Assembly (NCBI RefSeq): GCF_036321535.1
Contig: NC_087437.1
Location: 72,356,001-72,420,000, forward strand
Source: Camelus dromedarius
Taxonomy: Eukaryota
Length of the DNA: 64,000 nucleotides
Direction: 5' to 3'
The notes under the pieces: generated by a model
Seen by the model: the letters and a program-made list of their open reading frames with translations, nothing else
What the model was told of the DNA's origin: nothing
The model's database searches: none
Shown here: positions 12,802-26,100 of the stretch, piece after piece
Layout: every line of letters starts with the position of its first letter
Position numbering within the stretch: position 1 is the stretch's first letter
Translations under genes and position numbers: made by a program

Positions 12802-13049
12802 AGGGAGGGAAATAGCTCAGTGGTAGTGTGCATTATTAACATGCATGAGGTCCCAGGTTCAATCCCCCATACCTCCATTCAAAACAAAACAAAACAAAAA
12901 AGTAAAAAGGTGGGGGAGGGCATAGCTCAGGGTATAGCACGAGGTCCTGGGTTTAGTCTCCAGTACTGCCATTAAATAGATAAAACTAATTACCCCCCAC
13001 CCCGCACGCACAAAAAGTTATATAGATTAGATAACATTTTTTAAAAGTC
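12802..13049 (+). mobile_element. Dimeric tRNA-derived SINE (camelid Vic-1-like), two head-to-tail monomers
   Basis: Two 'ggggaggg..atagctcag' heads (about 12802 and 12912) with A-box and B-box-like motifs, an A-rich linker, and a single TSD TCAGTTATTTCC at 12790-12801 and 13050-13061. Confidence 0.85.
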
Positions 13050-13744
13050 TCAGTTATTTCCTTTGTGCCTCCATTTTCCATTTTTATTATGTTATCCTGA
13101 CATCTCAAATATAACATGTCTAAACCGAAACTCTTTTTTTTTTTATTCACTGCCAAACAGCAACTGTCAGAACTGAACTGCCTAGAATAAAAACCCATTT
13201 ACTTCTTCCAGTCCTACTCATCTCAGTTGGCGTCACTACCACCCACCCAGTTGCTGAGACAAAACCTGCCCCACTGATACATATCCCATCTCTCAGCAAC
13301 ACATCCTGTTATCTCTGCTTCCGTGACACATCCTGGTGCCTGGGATTCTGTGTATTAAACTAGCAACTCACATAATTTTAATGTAGGAGATTGATGATTA
13401 TATGATTACAATTGCTACCACTCTAGAACTTCTAGTTTTGAGTTCATAGTGATCACGCCAGCAGAGGGCAGTGGACTAGCACAAGAGTAAGAATTTAAGC
13501 ATTCTAGAGATGACGAGTTATCAAAAATTACTTCTGCTTTCTCTTGATATTTTTTATTTTAATGGGGGAAGGAGGTGGTGACATTGGTGAACGTTCTTTA
13601 ATTTTGAGATTGTACCCTCTTCATTTCTTGAAGGACAATGAGGCATCTAGTTTACCCAGTGTTTGCTTGCTGTTAGTGGCAGTTTCAGTCTCCTAACATC
13701 TTACCTGACCTTCATATCTACCTTTCTAAAATGAGGGGATTGGA

Positions 13745-16700
13745 TTAATTTTTTGTTTTATTGAGGTATAACTGATCAAATTATAATGTATTTAAAGTAT
13801 ACAGTGTGATTATTTGATACATGAATAATTTGTAAAGAATTCTCACGATTGAAATAACATTCATCACATCACATATTTACATTTTTTTTTTGATAAGAAT
13901 GCTTAAGATTTATTTTCTTACCTAAATTTCAAATGTACAGTACACTGTGATCAACTATAGTCACCATGCTATACTTAGGTCCTCATACCCTACTCATTTT
14001 ATAACTGAAAGTTTATATGCCCTTTCAACAGCCTCTCCCCTTTCTCCCAGCCCATGGCAACCACCATGCTACTTTTTATTTCTATGAGTTTGACTTCTTT
14101 TTAAGATTCCACATGTAAATGCTAATGAGGTATTTGTTCTATCTATCTGGCTTATTTTGCTTGGTGAAATGCCCTCCTGATTAATCCATGTTGTCAAAAA
14201 TGAGAGCATTTCTTTTTTTAAAAAAGGCTGAATAATATTCTACTATATAATATACACCACATTTCCTTTACTCATTCATCCTGCAGAGTACACTTAGGTT
14301 GTTTCAAAATCTTGGCTATTGTGAGTAATGCTGCAGCAAACATGGGAGTACAGATATCTCCTTGAGAGAATGATTTTATTTCCTTTGAATACATACCCAA
14401 AAATGGGATTTTTGAATCTTATGGTAGTTCTATTTAATTTCTTGAGGAACCTCCATACCATTTTCTGTAGTGGCTGTACCAGTTTACATACCCTAACAGT
14501 GTACAAGGGTTTCCTTTTCTCCATATCCTCACCATCAATTCTATCTCTGGTCTTTTTGATAACAGCCATCCTGCAGGTGAGGTAATATCTCATTGTGGCT
14601 CTGATTTGCATTTCCTTGATTATTAGTAATGTTGACCATCTATTCATGTACCTGTTAGCCATTTGGATGTCTTTGGAAAAATGTCTATTTGAGTCTTTGC
14701 CTATTGTTTAATTGGGTTATGTTTTTGGTTTTGGTGTTTGCTGTTGAATTGTTTGAGTGATGAGAATGAGCATCCTTTCTTTTTCCTGATCTTAGAGGAA
14801 AAACTTTCAGCTTTTTGCCATTGAGTATGATCTTAGCTGTGTGCTTATAATATATGGCCTTTACTATGTTCCATCTGTACCTAATTTGTTGAGAGTTTTT
14901 ATCATGAAAGGATGTTGAATTTCACCAAATGCTTTGATGAAATATATTGGGATGAGGCATATATTAGGATGATCATATGATTTTTTATCCTTCATTTTGT
15001 TAACATATTTATTGATTTGCGTATGTTGAACCATCTTTGCATCCCAAAGATAAATCCCACTTGATCATGGTATATGATCCTTTTAATGTATTGTTGAAAC
15101 TGGTTTGCTAATACTTTGTTGAGGATTTTTGCATCTGTGTTCATCAGTTTTGATACTAGGATATTGTTGAGTTGAGAAGCATTCCTTCCTCTTCAATTTT
15201 TGGAAGACTTTGAGAAGGATTGATATTAATTCTTTAAATGTCTGGTGAAATTAACTAGTGAAGCCAGACAGTCCTGGATTTTTCTTTGTTGGGAAATTTT
15301 GACTATTGATTTAGTCTCTTTTTTCATTATTGATCTGTTCAGATTTTCTGTTTCTTTTTGGTTCAATCTTGGTAGGTTGTGTATTTCTAGTAATTCATTC
15401 ATTTCTTCTAGTTTGTCTAATTTGTTGGCACATAATCATTCATAGTAGTTTCTTGTGATCCTTAGCATTCCTTTATTATCAGTTGTAGTGTCTCTTTTAT
15501 TTCTGATTTTATGTTTTCTCTCTTTTAGTCTTAGTCTAGCTAAAGTGTCTTTGATCTTTGCTATTGTCTTTCTAGTCTCTATATCGTTTTTTTTTTTTCC
15601 TGTTCTCATCTTTGTTATTTCCTTCCTTTTGCTAAATTTGGGCTTAGTTCTTCTTTTTTCTAGTTCCTTGAGATATAAAGTTAGATTCTTTGTTTGGGCT
15701 CTTTCTTCTTTTTACTGTAGCTATTTATCACTATGAAATTCCTTCTTATTACTGCTTTTCCTGTATCCCATAGTTTGGGGCATGTTGATCGTCTGGAGGT
15801 ATTTAAAATTTTTTCTTCTGATTTTCTCTTTGACCCAGTAGAGCGTGTTGTTTAATTTCCATGTATTTGTGAATTTTCCAGTTTTCTTGCTGTTATTGAT
15901 CTAGTTTCATTCCATGTGGTTATAAAAGATACTTGGAGTAGTTGAAGTCTTCTTAAATTTGTTGACTTGTCTTGTGACCTAACGTGACCTCTCCTGGGGA
16001 ATGTGTTCCATGTGCACTTGAGAAGGATGTGTATTCTTCTGCTGATATGTGGAAAGTTATGTAAATAAACTTTCATTTGATCTATAGTGTTCAAGTCAAT
16101 TGTTTCTTGATTAATTTTCTGGGTGGATGTTCTGTCCATTATTGTAAGCAGGGTATTGAAGTTCCCCACTATTATTTTACTGCTGTCACTTTCTGCCTTC
16201 AGGTCTGTCAGTATTTGCTTTATATCTTGAGATGCTCTGATGTTGAGTTGTGTTATGTATATAATTGTTATATCTTCCAGTTGAATTTATCCTTTTATTA
16301 TTATATAATGTCTCTAGAGACAGTTTTAGACTTAAAGTATATTTTATCTGATGTGAGTATAGCTATCCCTGTGCTCTTTTAAGTTATGATTTGTGTGAAA
16401 TATCTTTTTCTCTTGCTTCACTTTCAGTCTATGTTTATCTTTAATTCAAAAGCAAGTCTCTTGTAGACAGTATGTTGATGGATCTTGGTTTACATGTGGC
16501 CACTTTGTGCCTTTTTATTGGTGACTTTAAATATTTTAAGTTAAATTATTGATAAATGATGACTTAACATTGACATTTTGCTAAATGTTTTCTGTTTTTC
16601 ACTTGTTTTGTCCCTTCCTTCCTCTCTTGCTCTCTTCCTTTCTCATCTCATGATTTTTTATAGTGATTTTGTTTGTTTTTTTCTACTTCATCTTTTGTGT

Positions 16701-18900
16701 ATCTGTTATAAGTTTTTTTGTTGGTTAGCTTGAGGCTTGCACAAAATATCTTGTAATTAAAACCTTCTATTTTAAATTGATAACACAATTTCAGTTTTGT
16801 ACAAAATACTGTCCTTTTATTGTTCCCATCTCAACACTTCATGTTCTTGTAGACAGTTGGTGTTCTTTTATATTGTGTAGCCATGAACAAATTTATATCT
16901 ATTAAATTTTATATCAGGATTAAAAATAACTTACACATCACCTTTACTGTGTTAATCTGCATGTGTCTGTATATGTGTCTTTATCTGTGATACTTATGCT
17001 TTCACATAAATGTTTATGTTGCTGTTTACCATGTTTTCATTTCATTTGAGCAAGTCACAGCTAAGAGGCTACCTCTTGGTGTGGGTCCAGAGTGGATGTG
17101 CACTTGCTGCAGCAGTGGTGCAGCAGAAGTCTAAGGCGCAGGCTCATGTGGGGCAGTTACAGAGACAGGGCCCAGGGTGTGTACGTGGTTGTGGGAGAGG
17201 GCTGTCAACTCTGGAACTGGGGGCTGGGGATCCAGCAGTGTACACAGGTGGCTCTGCTCTGGAGAGGGAGCAGCATTGCACAGAGGCAGCTCTGGCCCTT
17301 GGTGTGAGGATGCAGCTGCTGCTCTGGGCCTAGCAGGGGGTAGGAGACAGCAGTGGTGACTCCGGGCAATTCTGTCGGCTGGTTTCAGCATAAGTGTAGA
17401 CTGTAGGGGTTCTTGGTGGCAAAAGCCATGGTGCCCTCAGCACTGATGAAGGCTGCTGAGATCCTTTGGTTCTCTTTTTTCCTCGTAGGAGGCAATCACA
17501 TTTATCCCTCGTGGCCATAAGCTGTGCCAGACTGGGGGATGAGATGACATAGGTATGCTTTCTATACCTTTCTATGCACCATCTTTGGTTTTTGTACTCC
17601 TCGGGATTTCTGCAGTGACTTTAGGGTACACTGGAGTTCTCCCAGAGCTGTTTCCATCAGTATGTAGTTGTTTATTCTTTGTTTTTTGTTGGGGGGACAA
17701 GCATTGGATCCTCCTAGTCTACCATTTTACTGACATTACCGGTTTTTATTTTTTGGGTAAATTCATAGGGTTAGAATTGTTGGATCATAAGGTAGGTTTA
17801 TGTGTAGTTTTATTCAAAAACAATCAAACAAAAACTCGTCAGATCTTTTTCTAACATAGTATATACTATTTTACATTCCACCAAGAATGCATGAGAGTTC
17901 TAGTTACTCCAAACCCCACCAATATTTGATGTTGTCAATCTTTCATTTTAGCCATTCTAGTGCCTTTAGTGTTGATGACTAATAATGATGAACACTTTTT
18001 TTCTCTACATGCTTACTGGCCATTTAATATGTATTCTTTTACGAAGTGTCTAGATATTTTGCCCATATTTATTGGGCTATTTGTCTTTAAACCTTTTTTT
18101 AGTTTGCTGTTCTTTGTATATTCTGCATACTGGACCTTTGGAATATGTTTTGCAGATATTTGCTTCTAGTGGTTTGCCTATTTATTTTCTTAATTTTGTC
18201 TTTTGAGGAATAGGCTTTTTAGGTTTGATGAGGTCTAATTTTTCAGTTTCTTCTTTTCTGTTACTTTCTGTATCCTGTTTAAAAAACCTTTCTACCTTTA
18301 AATCATGAATCTATATTCTATTTTACTTCTAAAGACTGTATGATTTTAGCTATTGTATTTATACTTTGGTCTGTGTAAATGAGAAACTGGTCCATATTCA
18401 GCTTCCATCCCCATTTGTTGAAAAGACTTTACTTTCTCCATTAGATTGCTTTGACATCTTTGTTGAATATCAGATTATCTTAAAAGTATAAATCTGTTTG
18501 TGGATTTTCTCTTCTGTTCTTTAATCTACTTGTCAATCTTTATGCCAATACACCTGGTCTTGATTGATACAGATATATAGAAGACTTGAAATCAGGTAGT
18601 GTATGTCCTCCAATGTTTTTCTTCTTTTTCCTCAATAACTTGGTTATTCTAGGTCCTTTGAATTTTCATATGAATTTATAAATAAGCTTGTCAGTTTCTA
18701 TAATAAAAATCCTGTTGGAATTTTTATTGGGAGCGTTGAATCTATAGATAAATTTGGAGGGAATTGACATCTTAACAATATTGAGTCTTCTACTCCATGA
18801 ATATGGTATAGCTCTTCATTTTTTTAGGTTTTCTTTTATTTAACTCAGCAGTACTTTGTAGTATCTAGTGTAGATGTTTCAAACAGCTCAAATTTATTAC
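13745..18900 (-). mobile_element. Cluster of decayed LINE-1 segments (3' UTR, ORF2, endonuclease region, GC-rich 5' region near 17050-17740)
   Basis: Track ORFs 14294..14662 (-) and 15852..16169 (-) give L1 ORF2 motifs ([30 protein letters not shown]). Confidence 0.8.
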
Positions 18901-19536
18901 AACATTTGGTTTTTACACAATTACAAATGACATTTTTCTATTTTGTTGTTTGGAAAAGAGGGAAAAAAACACCGATATTTTAGAACTCTGACTTTATTAT
19001 AATTTTGTATTAAAGCTTTCTCTATATAGTTACTAATGATTAGAGGTAATGGTTGGGATAATTATGACTAATTACCCATGTCTGCCAGTAGAAACAACAA
19101 AAGCTCCATCTTAAAAATTACATAAAGGTGAGGAGTTGTTGGAGGAAAAATAATTAAAAGCAGGGAATTAGATCAGATTTATGGTAGTCTGAGACATGGT
19201 TTAACCTTCTGTTCCATGAGTCTGTTGTGTTGCGGCAAGTTTGCTGCACAATCCCCTTTCTAGTGAAGAAAAAGAATCCAGCATCACTGAGTCCCCATTA
19301 TTGTGCAGTGAACTTTACACATGTGCATTCATTTTTATTCTTTTAGAAACCCTATTATGTAGATTTAATTATCTCCCCTTTCTGAATGAGATAACTAAGA
19401 AAGGTTACTTAAATTGTCAGGTTTATGAAGTTAGTGTAGCAGAGACCATGCTTTGTGTTCATCAACATTTATTTTAATGTTTTCCCTTCCTGGATATGAA
19501 AATCTGCTTCCCATCTCCCTTACAATTAAGTGGGCT

Positions 19537-21636
19537 TGAGATAAGAGGAAAGGGGGCAGGGCATAAGCATTTGAAGGAATCACACAGCAATTGAGGATAC
19601 AACACAAACTGGTTAGAACCAAGATGGTGGAAGATCAGACTTCCAGTAGACCTTGAGCCTTGTGGCATACCCATAGGTGTCATGACAGTTCCTAGGCTGA
19701 CCATAAAAGGTCAAAAAGTTGTCAGGGGTGTGCTGATTCCTGGAAATCCCTGCCCCTTCCCCAAAGTAGTTGGAATAATCCTCCTACTCATTAGCATATG
19801 AAATTACTGAGCCCATAAAAACTAACTCCTCACCTCATGGTCTTGCTTTCTTGCCTTCTGAGAAGGACTGCACTTTGTCTGTGGAGGGTGTATCTACCTT
19901 TACTTTTGTTGTTATTGTTGTTGTTTTATTGAGTTATAGTCAGTTAATAATGTTGTGTCAATTTCCAGTGTAGAGCACAATTTTTCAGTTATACATGAAC
20001 ATACATGTATTCATTGTCACATTATTTTTCACTGTGAGCTACCACAAGATCTTGTATATATTTCCCTGTGCTATACAGTATAATCTTAGTTTATCTATTC
20101 TACATGTGCCTGTCAGTATCTACAAATTTCGAATTCCCAGTCTGTCCTCCCTTCCTACCCCCCTCCCCACTGGTAACCACAAGTTTGTATTCTATGTCTA
20201 TGAGTCTGTTTCTGTTTTATATTTATGTTCTTTTTTTTTTTTTTTTTAGATTTCACATATGAGTGATCTCATATGGTATTTTTCTTTCTCTTTCTGGCTT
20301 ACTTCACTTAGAATGACACTCTCCAGAGACATCCATGTTGCTGCAAATGGCATTATGTTGTCATTTTTATGGCTGAATAGTATTCCATTGTGTAAATATA
20401 CCACATCTTCTTTATCTAGTCATCTGTTGATGGACATTTAGGTTGTTTCCATGTCTTGGCTACTGTAAATAGTGCTGGTATGAACATTGGGGTGCAGGTT
20501 GTCTTTTTGAAGTAGGGCTCCTTCTGGATATATGCCCAGGAGCGGGATTCCTGGGTCATACGGTAAGTCTATTCCTAGTCTTTTGAGGATTCTCCATACT
20601 GTTTTCCATAGTGGCTGCACCAAACTGCATTCCCACCAGCAGTGTTGGAGGGTTCCCTTTTCTCCACAGCCTCTCCAGCATTTGTCATTTGTGGACTTTT
20701 GAATGATGGCCATTCTGGCTGGTGTGAGGTGATACCTCATTGTAGTTTTGATTTGCATTTCTCTAATAATTAGTGATATTGAGCATTTTTTCATGTGCCT
20801 ATTGATCATTTGTATTCCTTCCTTGGAAAATTGCTTGTTTAGGTCTTCTGCCCATTTTTGGATTGAGTGGTTTGTTTCTTTCTTATTAAGTCGTATGAGC
20901 TGCTTGTATACTCTGGAGAGCATTTGTCAGTTTCATCTTTTACAAAAATTTTCTCCCATTCTGTAGGTTGTCGTTTTGTTTTGCTTATGGTTTCCTTTGC
21001 TGTGCAAAAGCTTGTAAGTTTAAGTAGGTCCCATTTGTTTATTCTTGCTTTTATTTCTATTGCTTGAGTAGACTGCCCTAGGAGAACATTTTTGAGATGT
21101 ATATTAGATAATGTTTTGCCTATGTTTTCTTCTAGGAGGTTTATTGTATCTTGCCTTATGTTGAAGTCTTTGATCAATTTTGAGTTTATTTTTGTATATG
21201 GTATAAGGGAGTGTTCTAGCTTCATTGATTTACATGCTGCTGTCCAGTTTTCCCAACACCATTTGCTGAAGAGACTGTCTTTAGTCCATTGTATATTCTT
21301 GCCTCCTTTGTCGAAGATTATTTGACCAAAAGTTTGTGGGTTCATTTAAATTCTGGGCTCTCTATTCTGTTCCATTGGTCCATATGTCTGTTTTTGTAGC
21401 AGTGCCTTTACTTTAAATTAAATACCCGACACGTCTCGGTCTCCCTCTCACCTTTCTGGGATGGCCTGCATTCTGCTATCCAACGTGCATCTCCTAGGCT
21501 GTTTTCCCTTCTGAGTGAGACAGACTGGACTCTGTCTATGGAGTGTGTATCTTTCTAAATAAACTTGCTTTCACTTTACTATGTCTTGCTCTTGAATTCT
21601 TTTCTGTGTGAGGCAAGAACCTATTCTCCGACAGTA
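19537..21636 (+). mobile_element. ERV1-type solo LTR, interrupted by an L1
   Basis: TG start at 19537, AATAAA near 21558, 4-bp TSD GGCT at 19533-19536 and 21637-21640. Confidence 0.65.
19907..21404 (-). mobile_element. 5'-truncated young LINE-1 (about 1.5 kb) with ORF2 C-terminal remnant
   Basis: Track ORFs 20839..21345 and 20438..20923 (-) are recognisable L1 ORF2 ([38 protein letters not shown]); TSD CCTTTACTTT at 19897-19906 and 21405-21414. Confidence 0.95.
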
Positions 21637-22299
21637 GGCTGAGTAATAGTTCTTATCAATGGGATATGAGATGTAGCCATGCAAAGTCCCTGCACAAGTC
21701 TTCAGTCTCTTTCTTCCCCTCATACTCAGATGATAGACCTATAAATAGAAAAAGCCTGCATTGTTGAGTTACCCCTGGGGATTGTTGCCCTATAGTTGCC
21801 TGGACTTTGAGCAGACACTTCAAAAGTGAGAAACTTTTTTAAACCACTGAGATTTGGAAATTGTTTATTATATAAAAGCCTAAATCTATTCTGATTAAAA
21901 TAGAGGAAACTGGAATTTGAACCTAGGTCCATTAAACTCTGAAAGCCATGGTTTTTGTACTACCTCTGTTTCCCCAAAGGCCCATGAATGAGGGTGGCTT
22001 TAGAAGGAATACATGAGCATCCTTTCATTAGCCAGAGTGGTTGGGCTGGGTATGTATATTAAGATCCTAGTGAGCATTAGATGCCTGTTTTTGAGACTAT
22101 ACAGATTGGGCTTTCTATCTGCTCTTTGTACTTCTAATCACTAACTGAACTCTACACTGAAAAAAAACTCATTCTTGCATAGGTCTTTGTTTTTAATACA
22201 GGTCACCTAACCTGAGTAGATACTGCTGTTAATTGCTATACTGGTTTGCAAAACTTTGAGTGTAAGTATATATGTGCATCTTTAGAAACCTAGAAACTA

Positions 22300-22515
22300 A
22301 AGAGCTGAAGTGTACAGTATGGTAGCTGCTAGCCACATGTGACTGTTTAAATGAATTAAAATCAAACAGATTAGAAATTCAGTTCCTTAGTTGCACTAGC
22401 TGCATTTCAAAAGCTTAATAGTCCATTTCTGGCTAAGTAGGTGCCATACTAGACAATGCAGACTCTGGGACATTTTCATCATCTCAAAAAGTTCAGGTGG
22501 ACAGTGCTGCTATAG
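22300..22515. mobile_element. MER3/MER33-like hAT-Charlie non-autonomous DNA transposon
   Basis: Recalled motif 'ggtagc..ctagccacatgtg.ct..aaattcagttcct.agt.gcactagc..catttcaa'. Confidence 0.7.
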
Positions 22516-22789
22516 AACTTCCGTCAGTTTTTAAAGGACTCTATGACTGCAAAATGGTTAAAAGCCATTGAATTAGTATATTGTTGTTGCCTTACAGTAT
22601 ATAAAAAGAGCTTTGTCCTTAAGAAGTGGGCTATGCCTGTGTTGATGATTGTGGGATATGAAATATAAAGACCCAAAGAATAATCCCCTGATCCCTCAGG
22701 TTGTGGTAAAGAGAAATTAGAGGCTTTCTGTGTGGGGGAATCAGTCATGTTTTTCTGATGTTTGTGTGGGTGAAATTAGGGAAGGGCAT

Positions 22790-23182
22790 TACATTAGTGT
22801 GCTCGGGCTGCCATAACAAAATATCACAGCTTCGTGGCTTAAAGAACAGAAATATAGTTTCTCACAGTCCATGATCAAGATGCTGGCAAATTTTGTTTCT
22901 GGTTAGGACTCTCTTCTTGACTAGCAGGTGGCTGCCTTCTCACTGTGTCCTCACAAGCCCTTCCCTCTGTGGTGTGCAGAGACAGTGCGAGAGAGAGAAA
23001 TCTCTTCTTGTAAGGACACCAGCCCTTTCAGACTAAGGCCTCATCCTTATGACTTCACTTCATCTTTATTACCTGTCTACAGGGCCTATCTCCAAACGTA
23101 GTCACACTGGGGGTTAGGGCTGTAATATGTATTTGGAAGATGGTGGGTTGCGGGGGTGGGGGCACAGTTCAGTCCAAACAGA
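22790..23182. mobile_element. MLT1A-like MaLR solo LTR
   Basis: Recalled motif 'gggctgccataacaaaata.cacag..gtggcttaaa..acagaaat..ttctcacagt'. Confidence 0.75.
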
Positions 23183-26100
23183 CATTTTCTAGAGATGTGA
23201 ATCACAATTCCTATAGCAAATAACAGGAAACATGTAATTTCTTCACAGAATAAATGCTAGGGGGACACTGAATGAAGAGAAACTTAGTAGTGTTGGCCTG
23301 AGGTATGGAAGGCTTTTGAAGGAAATGAGCCATTCTCATTCATTTATTTATTTGAGAGAGAGTTATTGGCTATCTACTGTAGGCCTAGCATGGTGTTTGG
23401 CATTTGGAGCATATAAAATGAGCAGGATGAGATAAACAGCACTGACCATCTCACGTCAGCTGGAGGATGTGGAAATGCACACACTTAGATCCACGCAAGG
23501 TGCTGGCAGCCTGGACTTCAGAGCTAGTGAGTCATGGATCCTATTGTGTTTTAAGCTGGGGTCTGTGGTTCAGGGTTCATGTTTTTGTTTTAGATTTCCT
23601 GTGTTTTTTATATGCCATAATTAGAGATAATTAAAGATTAGCTCAGAATAGTTTTGCAGAAAATCTGGCTCCCAGGGGGGCATTTTTCTGTGACTGGTCT
23701 TCCAGCCTCAACACACAGTAGTTCATCTCAAAATATTAGAAAGGAGAAGAAAAGGCTCCCAGGAGAAGCAGACCCTTCTCATTTGGGCAAGGAAGTGAGC
23801 TTGTAGAATGATAATTTAGTCAGGCCTTTTTCAGTGTCAACTAATATTCCAGCATCATACAATCTAGACTTTAGGGCAAGTTTAATTCCCTTACTTTACA
23901 AACAAGGGAATGCAACCCAGTGAAATTAAAAGGCTTGCCTACACAGAGAGCTAATAACAGAGCCAGGAATAGTATCTTGTCTCGGTGTCAGTTCCTCTTA
24001 GTGTGACTCAAGCGTGTTGATGTTAATTTTATATTGACCACAGTGAAAATACAGAAATTGAAAGTAAACATGCAGAAAGTTTTAGAGCAATTTGACACTG
24101 CCACACCATCTAAGCACTTGATCGTTCTTCTGGTGATTAACATCTATTGATTTTACAAAAGTGTCAATCACAACAAATAGAAAAAAAGAAAACTGGTGTT
24201 TCACCACAGTTAGGTTGTGAAGCACTGCTCTGAAGTGAACCATCTCAAATAGTACCCGGCAGAGTGGTTAGGTTGATTCAGTCTACGTCTGCAGGGCAGC
24301 CTGAGCCTGGGAGACTCCGGCACATGCAGGAGACAGTGCTGGGTCTCTGCCCTCCTCTCCGGCTGCTCTGCATCCATTCTTCCTTCCCACACCGGATGTC
24401 AGCCTCTCCCAAGGGCCCATCACTGATTCCCTTCTCTTCCTCTACACTCCCTTGAATTCTCATTTATAGACCTGTCCCACAAACTCTATTTCCTGCCTCA
24501 TCTCCACTCTCTGATTCCAGTCTCTCGTTTCAGTTGTCCTGCTCCTCCGAGTCAACATTGCCTCAAGTTTATAAAGCACAGAATTATCTCCTCCCCAACC
24601 CAGTCACAGCTTCTACCAATTGCTCAGGCGCAGGCCCTCAGATTTCCTTCCCCCTTTCCAGCTTCTCAACACCCTCACTAATCATTCATCATCATCACTC
24701 ATCAAAAGTCCATCTTGATTTTTCCTTCAAAATCTGTCTGACACCTCTCCCTTTTCACCTCCTCTGCACCACGGCAGTTCAGTTCTTTAATGATCACCGT
24801 GGCCTCCCTATTGGTCTCTCTGCTTCCACGTTCTCTTCCTTTCAGCCTAGCCTTCTTGCATCCTAAAATGCTATTTTAATTGGTAAAACTTTCTCCCACT
24901 CAGAAACCTTCAGTATCTATAAGATAAATTCCAAACCTTCAATGATAAAAGCCCTGCCCAATTTTCTGGTCCCAATCCATCTTGCCAGCCTTGCCTCTCA
25001 CACCTCCATCACATAATGTTCTGCTTCTAGACAAGTGGGATTTCCTAGTGCATTTTCAGATCACCCCTACATTTTCTATGTTGTGTTTCTCTTAAAGCCA
25101 TTTCTTCAGGCTGGCATATTCTCCCTCCCATCTCTACCCACTAAATGCCACTCATCCGTTAAAGACCAGCTCAGAGCCTACTCTTCTCTCTAGTTATTTC
25201 TGCCTACTGAAATACAGAATTTTGATTGGGCCTCCATTGCAGCATTTATTTCATACTATTTTGTATTATTGTTATTTGTATGCATGCAAAATCTTTCCTA
25301 GATTATCTGCTTCATGAGGACAGAGTTTATCATATTTATGCATGTAACTTGGTTTGTTGAATAAACATGACACATGGGTTAAAATCAAAACATAACTTTA
25401 TTTTTATCTTTCACCAGTCCTTCAGACTTTATTCAATAGCAGCCATCTTCCTTTAGTCCTGGTAAAGGTTCCAGCAGGCCCATGGCTGTTCTGATCTTTC
25501 TTGAGTAAAAGATTGTCCTAGAATCATGTTTGCATACAAAGTCATAATTCAATAGTTCCTACGCTCATCTAACATGGAAGACAAAACCCTAGAATTGACA
25601 TCAAGTTTTCTCTCTTAGCCTTGTTAGGATGGGCACCCTGTGGTCTCTTCTCTTACTGCTCACTTCTTCCCTCACATTTGATCGATTTTTAATAAAGTGC
25701 AGTTATCCATTGATAGGCTTATTTGTCCTCTCTTTGGCCAATAGGAGCCTCTTCAAACTGACTCTGAATCCTTTTGATACAACCCTAGTAATTTTTCATA
25801 GCTTCCTTTCTCTTTTTTTGGACAAGATGTTCCAGGTTTATTTTATACATTTCCTGCCCTAGGTCTTGAATCAACTGTTTCTCCAAGAGGCCCTGGTTTT
25901 TGGTTGCTGGTTTTGTTTTGTTTCTACGTGGAAAATGTTATTTCAAAACCACAGTTCAGATATGGAGATTCTCATTGGTATGGAATCAGTCACTCTCTCT
26001 AGGCCTCTTCAGTGGGTAGAGCCTGGAAAAATCTTCCTCCCTCCCTCTCTCTTTCTTCCCTCTTCCATCCTTTTTCAACCCTTTCTCCATCCTTCCCTCC

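Larger units (their letters stand above)
19434..21902. mobile_element. Old MLT1-type MaLR LTR split by younger insertions
   Basis: MLT1-like start (tgtagcagag..) at 19434 and MLT1-like end (aaaccactgagatttgg..ttgtt..ctgattaaaata) near 21840-21902, interrupted at a GGCT duplication. Confidence 0.55.

Noticed and set aside
12802..12880. tRNA genes at 12802, 12912 and 31043
   Set aside because: They have tRNA-like A and B boxes but also A-rich tails and TSDs, and I could not fold a clean cloverleaf; they are SINEs.
17010..17518. GC-richer block with overlapping ORFs as a gene or CpG-island promoter
   Set aside because: CpG-depleted and contiguous with antisense L1 sequence; best explained as a decayed L1 5' region.
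20438..21345. Minus-strand ORFs of 161 and 168 aa as a host gene or active retroelement
   Set aside because: Frameshifted C-terminal fragments of L1 ORF2 in a 5'-truncated copy lacking promoter, ORF1 and the RT core.
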